The notes under the pieces: model-generated | What the model was told of the DNA's origin: nothing | Seen by the model: only the letters and a program-made list of their open reading frames with translations | The model's database searches: none | Made by a program: the position numbers and the translations under genes | Source: Auanema rhodensis | Taxonomy: Eukaryota > Animalia > Nematoda | Direction: 5' to 3' | DNA: 64,000 nucleotides | Assembly: GCA_964057225.1 (NCBI GenBank) | Contig: OZ059897.1 | Span: 12,586,001 to 12,650,000, forward strand | Part shown: positions 1 to 12,400 of the stretch, piece after piece | How positions within the stretch are numbered: the first letter of the stretch is position 1 | Layout of the letters: every line of letters starts with the position of its first letter

Positions 1-493
1 CTCTCCTTTCCAATATAGATTGTTATAAGCTTGGAATAGATTATAGTTCTTATAATCAAGCTCAAAAAGTTCTAAGGGAGAATGACAAGATATTTCTTTA
101 ATAAAATCTAATATGCAAACTATATGTATCCTAGCGTTTATTACAGTTGTCTTTACGTTTTATATTAATAAAATTATGTTCGCTTTGCATCAATTCACAA
201 GCATTTCATGCAAACACGTTCAACACAAGTATGTCAAAAGTCAATTTTCACCTATCGTCCGTCGTCGTGTTAATGTTCAGATTTATGCACTATCCAATGT
301 TTTGTTTTCAACAACAACAACAAAAACTCTTTTAACCATAACATTTTTTAAGTTTTCTAATATAAAAATTAAATTTTATATTATTATATACTAATTATAA
401 CATTAAATATAAGATTTAACCTTAATTATTTTTTAATAATGATCACTAATCAAGCTTATATACCGCTTCTCATCTAATCCATTTAACATTTAG

Positions 494-3400
494 CACTGCG
501 AGTACGTATTCTGGATCCTAAGCATCAAGTCTTAGGAGTTGGTCAGAAAGCACAATGGATTTGTCAAATAGTTGGCAACATAGTAAGCTTATAACTACTA
601 TAACATATAGCTAAAAGAATGATTATTTATGATTCAAATATGAAAATTATTTTTTTTTTTTTCAAAAATCAATAAAATCATTCTTTTAGTTTAGCATAAC
701 AAATACTTTATAACATTATAATTTATTAAACATAGCCTGTGTTGTCTTCAATTTTAGCCATCTAACGCTCATTTGGAATGGACACGTGTTGGATATGCTA
801 CGTTACCATCTAAAGCTTATACGGATGAAGGATATCTATCTTTGGATAATGTACAAGAAGAAGATGAAGGACAATATCGTTGTACCGCAACAACTATACA
901 TTCATATGCTACTGATGATGCCTTACTTACCATTAGTCAGCAGCCTAGTATGCTTTTCAATCACTCAAAATGCTTCACCCACCTTAGTTTCAATATCAAA
1001 AAAGCTTAGAACAATGCTTATGCTTCATTCTTTAGTTTGTATTCAGTTTTCAACAGTTAAGGATATTTTAATCATTGTTAACAGAAAATCAGATGAGAAA
1101 CCTATAGCTATCATCTTAACAACATAACTGTCTGATTCTCGTGTTTTCATGATATCTCCTACCTTTGTTTAAACAAAAGTCTAAACAACTGAACTATATG
1201 TATGTGCAGTCTTTTCGTTTTTTGAACAAAAAACAGAACTTTTTATTTAGTTCTCAATGTTTTAGTTTAGAATATATATTTTATGAGTTTAAGCTATTTT
1301 AACAAGCTTAAATTACAAACGTTTTGTCAGCTTTTTTTGTTTTGTTTTAATTTTATTTTTATAATTTATACACAAAGCTTTATTCCACATAATATTTATC
1401 ACATATAGCTTTATGATGTTAAGTTTCGCTTAAACTCAGCCGTTATGCACAATATTTCAAACAAATATTTCAAGAAATTATCTAAAGATTGTTTGTTAAA
1501 GTTTGTTAATTTGATATGTTTAGGTGGACGTCCTCCTCAGCCAGTAATTGATCCACTTCATCAAACTGTTATTGAAGGAGATGCTGCATCATTCAGATGC
1601 TGGGTACCTGGAATTCCTGATTGTCAAATCACTTTCCATAAGGTAATATCACGCTTTTTCTTGATAGAATTATAATTTCTTTTCTTTTAGGAACATATTG
1701 GTGGCCCATTACCTCATGGAGTTTACCAAACTGGTAATGCTTTGAAGATTCCAAGAGCTATGCTTAAGGATGCTGGAAACTATATCTGTACAGCCATCAA
1801 TCAATATGGAATTGGACAATCACCAAATGCTCGTTTGGATGTTGTTAGACGTTCGTTTTCTATTATTCTTTGAAATTAATTTTACCACATATGTTACATC
1901 AATGAAACCAATGATATTTCAGCTGTTCAAAAGCCAAAGGTTGATCCAATTGAGCAAACTGTAAATGAAGGTGAGCCCGCCCGCTTCCGTTGTTGGGTTC
2001 CTGGAAACAACGATGTTCAATTGAAATGGACTCGTATCGGACAACAACCATTGCCAAGTGGTGTACAAGAGCAACAAGGAATTCTTCATATTCCTAGCAC
2101 ATCTCACAATGTAATAATCAATATAATATATAAATTTATTATAATTTAACAATTGTTTTTCAGGAAATTGGACAATACGTTTGTACTGCAACTGATCCTA
2201 GAGATGGAAAGCCACAGGATTCAGATCCAGTTACTCTTAACCTTCGTAAACCTGATGGTATGTTTTCTTATAGTTTAGTTTCAAAATAATATTCAAAATC
2301 AGTATCATGTAAAACATATATTTGTTATTTTAGCTCCAGCTCAGCTTCCACAAGTTGATCCTCCTGAGCAAACTGTCAATGAGGGAGATCCAGCTCAATA
2401 TCGTTGCTGGGTTCCAGGAAATCCACATGCTCAACTTCGTTGGACTAAAGAAAATGGCGAACGTATGTTATAGATAAATCTTTAACTCTAATTAAATTTA
2501 AAATATTTCAGCTTTGCCAGAAGGAACTCTTGAACGTGACGGATACCTCCGATTGAACAACGTCAAGATGAGCGATGCTGGTCGTTACATCTGTACCGCT
2601 ACAGATCCAAGAACTGGAGCTCCAAGTGAAGCTCCACCAGCTACTCTCAATGTCAAGCAAGGAACTCCTATTGTTCCACAAGTTGATCCACAGGAACAAA
2701 CTGTTAACGAAGGAGAGCCATCTCAAATCCGTTGTTGGGTACCAGGAAATCCAGATATTCAACTTCGTTGGACTAAAGAGGTAAGATTATTCAATTATTC
2801 ATTTTTTGTTCTAATATTGATGAAAATATTTTCAGAGACGTCAACCACTTTCCCATGGATCTACTGATCGCGATGGTGTATTATCTATCAGCCGTACCAT
2901 GAAGGCTGATGAGGGAAGTTATGTCTGTACTGCTATTGATCCTGTATCTCGTCAACCTATTGAAGCCCCACCAGCCAGAATTAACGTTAGAGCTCGTAAG
3001 TTTAAGTTTTTTAAGAATTTTTAGGCTTCTCCATTTCTTCTGGAAGCATGTTCCTACCTCTTACTGCAATATTTCCCCTTTTTTTCCAACAAGCATGCAC
3101 ATTCTTTCAGCACTGAAACCAATCGTTGAGCCAAACGAGCAGAGCATTCCTGAGGGTTCACCATTCAGAATTCGCTGTCATGTCCCAGGACACCCAGAAT
3201 TAGAACTTAGCTGGCGTAAGGCAGAAGGAACTGTAAATGACTTAGCTGATGAACGCCAAGGACATCTCACTGTCCAACAAGCTGAGATCACAGATGCGGG
3301 AGATTACATCTGTTCCGTTGATGATCCACATACCGGAGAGCCAATAGACTCTGATCCTGCTACTGTACATGTCACTTCACAAGTCAGACCACCAGTTGTG

Positions 3401-6400
3401 GATTTGAGTAAGTTTGACACAACTTTATAACAATCACGGCTTAAACCTATCCTTTCCTTTCAATCACACTTAATTTTACAACTATCTATTTTAATTTTAT
3501 TTTAATCACTTTCAAAAACTTAAAAAAAAATTAAAAAACGTACACACGAGTTCAATTGGAAACTCTACCCGTTTGGAATTGCTGTGATTTTGCACCAATT
3601 GCCGTGAAAATAATAACTTTATGCTATGACACACGTTCTCTAGGTGACAAGGGACCAGAAATTTCTCCACCTCATCAGAAGGTTCCAACCGGAGATCATG
3701 TAACGATCAAATGTTGGGTCGAAGGCGATCCAAGTGCTCATTTGACCTTCAAACGCGTTGACGGAAGTCAATTGCCTTTCGGCTCATCTGAGCAAAATGG
3801 AGTTCTCTCCATTCCAAATGCTCAACCAGCCGATGAAGGAGATTACGTATGCGTTTATCATCCAGCTGCAGGAGGACATCCAAAGGAATCTTCCATCAGT
3901 CGTCTTGATGTTGAATCTAGTATGTTTGCTGTGAAGGAATTAACTATACGTGTGGCATGTCACTTATTGATGTGAATACTATACTAACAAACGTCTAGCT
4001 TGGAAATCTTTCGGATTTGGAAGTTCCAATTCAATGAAACATGACGTTAGCCTTGTCGTTGTCTTTTAACAGAAACTCATGTCCGTTGTTCACTGAAGAA
4101 TTGTATCATTGAAGTGTTTTCACTGTTTACAGCTGGTCAGCCTCCTCGCCCTGTGGCTACACCAGCCATCCAGAGCGTTCGTCGTGGATCTCCAGTCCGA
4201 TTTGTTTGTGTTGCACATTCATCCACACCAGCACGTATAACTTGGACATTTGCTGACGAGCAAACAGCTTTACCATCATCTGTCCGTCAAGAAGGAAATG
4301 ACATAGTCATTGATTCTGCTTCTGATGGTGATGCTGGATCGTATATCTGCTCAGCTACAAATGAATTTGGGCGTGGTGTTGCTGAACCAGTTAGATTAGA
4401 AGTTACAGATGGTAGTCGTAAACATCTTAATACGAATTGTTTTATCTTAACTTTATTTATTTTCGGGAAAATAACCTTTGGGCTCACAAATTCACTTTTT
4501 TTTCAATTTATTATGGACAAAAGATATATTAAATTCAGAAATAATTATATGTTATTTAGATGAGCAACCACCAACTGCTCGTGTTGAGCCACGTACTTGG
4601 AATGGAAGACCAGGAGATCGTCACCAATTCAAGTGTATTGTTACTGGAGTACCAACACCAAAGGTAAATGTTTCATTAAATAATCAATATTTATACCAAA
4701 TTACTCTAGGTTGTATGGTCTGGACCTAACGGATCCCCACTTCCACATGATGTAACTCCATTAGAAGACAACATTCTTGATTTTGCTCATGGACGCACCG
4801 AACTCAATGGAGACTACACCTGTACAGCTACCAATCCAGTTGGAGTTGTAAGTCTTTTTTTTAGAAAGATTATACAAAATTTGTTTACTTTTTTAGGCTT
4901 CTGATCACGGAGTTGTCAATATTGGACCATCTTTGACTGTCAAGACAACACCTGCTGGGCCAAGACTTGTTCTTACTGTTGGAGAACCACTTCTTGTGAA
5001 ATGCGAAGCCTTCGGAGAGCCTGATCCAGAAGTTGAATGGCTTCATGACCCTGGACCAGAGCGTGGAGATTTGCCAGATGACTACAAGCCAGTTACCATC
5101 TCTGAGCAATTCATCCGTCATCCAGCTATTGGACTTGGAAACTCTGGACTCTACACATGCAAGGGATCTAACAGCCATGCAACAGCTACTAAAGATATTT
5201 ACATCGATGTTGTTGAGCCATCTCGTGTTGCTACTGTATCTATTTTGGGAGGATCCACTCAATGGTTTGAACAAGGAGAACCATCTGAACTCATTTGTAC
5301 AGCCACTGGTTCATCTCTTGTCGATCGTCTTGAATGGATTAAGGTTGATGACCAGCTTCCAACTGACGTCGAAGAGCACAACGAACCAGGACTTCTTCAC
5401 TTCCCTAACTTCAAGGTAACACAAAAGTTTTTTTATGTTTATTCATCGATAATTTTTAGAACTCTTATGCTGGAGAATATGAATGCCGCGGTTATCGCCA
5501 CGACGAACTGATTGCTACAGCTACCGTAACTGTACATTCAGCTACTTCTCGGTTAGATGATGCTAAGGTTGAAGTAGATCCACCACGTGTACGTGTTATC
5601 AATCAAGGAGATTCTATTGTACTTCGTTGTTCTGTATCAGGTAAATATTTAATTTAATCACTGTGCATGTGTCTGCTCCATCTGTCCATTTGTCCCTGCG
5701 TCATTAGCTTTAGTTCTTATCTGTCCTGTGTCCAGATAGTTTCTGCGTTTAGTTCTAGTTCAAATATGTGCGAAGCGTCGAGTGTCTCGCATCTATGTAT
5801 GTGTTCAATGTGCTTTCAGATCCAAAATCTCGTGTGCTATGGTATCACACGCAAAACTTCGTTGATGCTCATCAAGTTGGAGCAAACATCTATTTGCATC
5901 TTTTACATGCTGATCTTTGTGATCGTGGATTATACTATTGTACCGACGAATTCAATAACTATGAGTTAACCCAAAGTGCAACATGGCTTGTTGTACAACA
6001 AAATCATTTTTATGGTGATCATTTATATGTTTTTTAATTTATTTATTAACATTTGTTTCTATTTTGCTTGATGCCTATATATATAATATGTGTGTGTGTG
6101 TGTGCGTGTATGCGTGTGTGCATGTTTAGTACTAACATTTCTAATATTTTCACAGGAATTTATCAGCAGATTATCACCAATTTTTTGGAGATTATTAACA
6201 TAATTTAAGCTTTTTAAACATTTCTATTTATTAATAATATGCAATATATGTATGTATATGTTTCTATATAGCTAACTTTTTTGTATTGCTTTTCGTCGTT
6301 ATCATCGTCATCGTCGGCACTATGCTTCACAATAATTGTATGAAGATGTGAATCTCTTCAGGAGCTAAGAATGGAGAAAACTTCGAATGGGCTTTATTGA

Positions 6401-9400
6401 GAGGAGGAAATATTGTTAGAAAGCTTGGAACTGAAGCTACTCTCACCATTAATAAGGCTGATCCAACTAATGATTTCGGAGTCTACAGATGCAATGTTGA
6501 AGACAATAATGGAATGGTTATCGGAAGTGCATACACCGCTGTTACTGTTGGATTTGATAACAAGCAGAGTACGAATTACATACAAACACCCAATAACTTA
6601 TGAAAGATATTGTACGAAAGAGAGATAGAGAATGACCAAGTTTCTACAAAAAATTCAGAAACAAATATTTTAAATTTTTAACATCAAACTTATTAAAATA
6701 TTTATAATAATAATTGAAATATTTAGACGCTCAAATAATGAAGTTTGATGAAAACTCTGATGCTTCATTCGTTTGCCCAGTATATTCTGTTCCTGGATCT
6801 AAGGCAAATCTACTTAACTATATTCAGGAAGAGCAACCAAATATGTTTTAGGTCGAATGGAGTCGTGATGATGGTGAGCTTCCAACCAATGCCCAGCCAA
6901 ACGGCAATAAGCTTGAGATCAAGGACTTCGATGATAAATCATCCGGACTCTATGTGTGCTCTGTACATATCAATGACCGTGTTGTTGAAGGATACGTTCA
7001 TGCTCAGATCTTTGGTATGATTACAGTATGAAATGTATAATACCTTGAATTGTTTCAGTTCCTGATACCATTATTCAAGTTCTTCTCGAAGTTTCCTCTG
7101 AAAACATCAATGTTGGAGAGAGAGCTTGGTTTGATTGTAAGGTATGTCTATATAAATCAATATATATTTGTAAAATTAACAAATTATTTATATTTACAGG
7201 TAACTGGAGATCCATCTGCTGCTATTACATGGCAGAAGGATGGAGCTGATGAGCTTCCTACTAATGCTCAGGTTGGTATTTAATTCTTAGTATATCATTT
7301 CTAAATTACTCATGACTATAACTATTGGAATATGCTGGAACACAGCTTTTACAGCTTTTGAAGTTTCTTATGATTCTTTGGATTACGAATTCGAAAAAGT
7401 TCAAATTCTCTAAATTCCTCTGCTGCTAAGCAAATCGAAAATATTTTTTTAGGAAAATAAGATAGCATGGTTCGATGCTGTATGCAATCGAACTGTAAGT
7501 TTGTAAAATGCGCTCTTAGTTTGATTTTATTTCTCAGCCGATCAAAGCGGTTTTTAGTATTTCATACTTGGGAATTTCTTTCTTCTGATTTTACATCCCT
7601 ATCATTGCACGCTTAATACACTTTTCAATCTTTTATTAATCAAATTTTTATATTAAAAGGAATTATATATATTCCTTGTCTTTGCCAAAAACATACTGAA
7701 GAATATTGAAAAATGGCTTGTTTTTGGGTTGTTTTTTTAATTTTAATTGTTTATGAATAGCATGCTATTGGTATTTATTCTCTTCTTCTGGTTTTTTTCA
7801 GTTATTTTTCAATTATTTGTTTTTCATCCAGAACTATTTTCTGGACTTCAGCTCATCTATGTTCTAAAATAATTTCTTCTATTCAGGTTACTGGTGGACG
7901 TCTCTTATTCACTGATATCACCGAAGATAATGCTGGAACCTATCGCTGTATGGCAAAGACCAAGGCTGGACCATTGGAAACCCGCACGGTCCTCAACGTT
8001 GGACCAGCAAAACGCAAGCGAAAGCATGCTCGACGTGGACGTCACGCCCGGCACCAACGGCGTCATGCTGCTCCTAAAACTCTGCTTCATGAGCAGAAGC
8101 AACAGCAGCAGCGTTCGCTGTTCGGATCCTGGTTCTCCACCCATAACTAACCCCGGTCTGACTCGTCCTAATTCAAGCCAATTCATAATCTGAACTAAAT
8201 CTTTCTCAAACTTATAAAAATCTCTTTAACATCGTTTTACAAAACAATTTGTCCAATGAGTCTTACCTACCTGTTCAATTATCTTGTTGTGTGCGCGTGT
8301 TTTTCTTTTCTAGCGAAATTGGAGTTTGAAATTTCTTTTTTTTTTCTCTTCAAAAAATACTTATTTAACCTATTCCAATCCCGGACATTTCGCGGCTCAA
8401 ATTCACTTGGTCTCTTTCCAAAATATATTTTTGGATTCAGACCATATAGCCTAAGTAAACTGCCACAAAGATTACGGTATATTAGAGAGTATTCTTAAAA
8501 CTTTTTTTTATATTTTCTTTTTGAATTTTCAAACAACCCAACTATGTTTTATCCTAAATCGTTGTCTGGACAAATTGATAGAACAGTCTGATCCGGATCT
8601 TCCCATTTATGGTGCTGTGCATATTACTGCCGTCCTGTTTTTCTTTTATTTTAAAAAAAATTTGAATACATAAAGTGTCTGTCCTTTTTTAATTTTTTTT
8701 TTGTTTTAAATCTTAATCAGTGTGTGTGCTCAAAGACCCCAAAACAATAAATTTTATATTGATTTGTATTAATATAAGCATGATTAATATTTATAAAAAA
8801 AAAAGAAAACAATAACAAAGAATTGTGTTTGATGGGTGGAGAAGATGTGTGACGTATACACGTTACTGTTTGAAGTGCTATATGTGACTGTTTCAAGAAC
8901 TTTTTGACTAAAAGTTCATTTTCTTCAGAATCCGAAACAACATCTCCAATGCCTATCCAAAAATCTATTGGTGAAGAAGTAAGTTTTCAATCTTGAATAG
9001 TGGAATATTTAACTAGTAAGATATGTGCAATGAAACAAAGGACATTTCTTTCTTCAATTCTAAAGGCCAAATAAGAGAAAAGTTTATTCTTAAGTAATAG
9101 AGAAGTAACGAAAACAACCTATCTGATAATAACAAATCAAGGAAGTTGAATATATTATGGAAATTCAGGCTTACTTATCTTGTCAAGCTCCATCTTGGGC
9201 TCGTAATGCAACTTGGACACGTACTGATGGTAAAACTTTATCTGAAAAAGCTGTTGTAAATCATGGAGTATTAAATATTCCAAAATTAGAAAGAGAAGAT
9301 GATGGAATGTATGAAATATATAAATTAAAAATATAATTTATTCAAAATATTATAGTTATTCTTGTATAGTTGATGATAAAGGCCAAATATCAACAACTGT

Positions 9401-12400
9401 AGTTCAATTAGAAGTTTCGGGTAATTAAAAACTTTTATTTTTTAAATATTTATATTCATAAATATAGATTTTGTTCCCATATTTACTGGAAAAGAAGTAT
9501 TGGAATTAGATCCATTAACTGATGATCAAATAGAAAATTTAAATATTCAAATGACAATGAAACCTACAAAAGAAAATGGTATTGTTGTAATTATAATAAT
9601 TTTATAATTAAATTAATTTTCAAAGGAATTTTATTTTCAACTGCAAGACGAGGTGATATTGCTCAATCGATGTATGATCCATCATTTGATCGAAGGCCAC
9701 CAATTTTGGAACATAATACTCGTTTCCAAAATAATTATCTTGTCTATCAATATGATATTGGTTATGGAAAAGGTTATTCAATTATTAGTTTTAATATAAA
9801 TTTTATTTCTCAGATGAAATTGTATCAGCTGAACCAATTGATCTTAACCAATGGAACACGGTCGAAGTCACTAATGATGACAACAAAGGTTTTGAATAAA
9901 ATTTATAGCTGATTATTCAGTAATAAAATTTATTATTTTCAGCTACTATACGCATAAATAATGGACCAAAAGTTGAAAAAGAGCACGGTCCTGTAGTTAA
10001 AAGGCCCGGAAGTAATACGAAATTCATATTAGCTGGCTTAACTATTGACCAGGAAGCTCGTGAAAACTATAAAGATATTGAACGATATGAAGGTATGTTA
10101 GAAGATTATAAAAGAAATATTCAATCAATATAATTAAAATTTAAATAAACAATACTTATATGACGTCATTATCGATGTAATATATGGAGTAATTTGTAAA
10201 AGATAATAGATGAAATGCTACATAAACATGAAAAAGCGGATGTTCATGTAAATAAAATAAAACTTAAAGCATTAAAATAATATTTATTATCTAATTAAAT
10301 AATATTATATTCTTAAATAATGTAATGTAATAGTAATGATATATATGTATTATTGATTTAAAAATTTATAAAATAATAACTCTAATGTACTCTACATACA
10401 TATGTATATGAATGCATGTATGTTTCAAAATTTAAAAGCTTAAGTTTGAAAAAAGAAGACAAAAAACGTTTTTACAACTCAACATTCATACATTTATACA
10501 TATAATATATTCATTCATATTTGGTAGAAATACAATGTTTCAAATATTGATAGTTGGTAAGTTTTTACTTTGATTTGTACTTAATATACATACATATATA
10601 CATAATATATTTTTAAAAAAATTTTATTTTATATTTTAAATTTCAGGAATAATATCTGAAGTTATTGCTTCGGGCGAATCGTTGAACTTAGGTCATGGAA
10701 CTCGAATTATCTCAATGGCCCGATATGATGCATGTACTCTTCAACAACCTTGTCCTAATAATGCTAGATGTCGAATATCTAATAGAAGAAAAGTTTGTTT
10801 AAATCTATTCTCTAAATTAAAAAAAAATTCAAAAAAAACAAATAAAAATTCAAAAACAGCATTTGAATCATCAAAAAACAAAAACATTTTTGCAGGGTTA
10901 TACATGTGTATGTACTGAAGGATTCGTAGGAGAACATTGTCATCTTCGATCTGCAACATGTAAAAATGGTTTGTTTAAGAACAAATTGAACAAAAATAAT
11001 TTTTTCTTCTTGTTTTCTTCTCCATCTTACAAGAACAATCTTAATCAAGTCTGAAAACTTAATTCACGCTCAAAATACATTTCAGAATATTGTCATGAAG
11101 GAATTTGTCTAGAACAAGATGATATGTGGCAATGTGTATGTCCAGCTAATAGCACCGGCTTAAGGTTTTTACATTTCTTTGAAAAAAAAAGAAATTTCAT
11201 ATATAAAAAAATTAATTTTAATTAAATAATTTGTAATTCAGATGTGAAGTGGAAATGAATCCTCCAGATTCTTTGGCTTTCTTACATGATACTTCATTTT
11301 TTTCCATGGAATCACCAAGAAATGTTGAAGAATTTGAGGTTTATATAGTATATTTTGATATAAATGAATATTTTTTATTTTTAGTTAACTCTCACGTTTT
11401 CTCCTCAATCAGTAACTGATGAACATATTTTGATGTATTTGGCTTCGGGCTATAACCCATCTTCAGCAAACCACATGAGTATTTCAATTGTCGATAATGT
11501 TCTCATATATAGCTTTGAAAATGGTCCCGGAAGTAAGTGAAATTTCAAACAAAACTGATCACCAAGGACACGAAAAGGCTTTTTTTTCCAAAGCATAAGT
11601 TGTTCAAAGTTGTTCAGTTCTGTCTTTGCTTTCAAAAATTGAAAACTAATTGAATTTTGAGCTGAAAGAACTCACCTAATTAGACTAGTCTTCCATTAAA
11701 TCTTCTCAATTTATAAATTTTCTAATTTCTTGTTATCAGAAATTTTTTTTCAAAAAGTTTTATATGAATTGAGAAAAAAGAAAATATAAAACAATGGAAA
11801 ATTGGAATACGTTCATCATAATTATCAAACAAAAAAAGTTTTTTTTTCGTTTTTGCAGTTTCTTGAACATTTCGGTAGCAAGATCTCCCCCAAAGTTTTC
11901 ATATTTTGAATGAATTGAGTGTCTTATAGTTCGTCAACAGTTGAGAAGCTCAAGTCTTGAAGATGGCAATGAATATGAAATGACATTACAACGAAAAAGC
12001 GGTCAAACTAACTTGATTGTAAATGGACAACAATATGTATTATCGGTATATCATATGGGAATTTTAAATTTTAATTCAATTTCTCGTATTTTTATAGTAT
12101 TCTCCAACAACTTTCGAGCCTGGCACTGACCTTTTTATTGGTGGTCTGCCTCCTGGTGTTAGCACCCCTGATTCAATTCCCGAAAAATCTTTCAGAGGAT
12201 GTATTCGAGAGGTTAACAGAGATTAATAATGATTCTCAACATTTTCTTATAGATTGTTGTTAATTCAAAGAAAATCGAGTTCAGTGATACGAAATCCTAC
12301 AAATCCGGAGATTTATCAAGTTGTAATGCTTCTCCCACGAGCCCTCCAGAAACTGATTATAATGAATCTGCAGAAAATGATTTAGCTGAATCTGTAAGTC

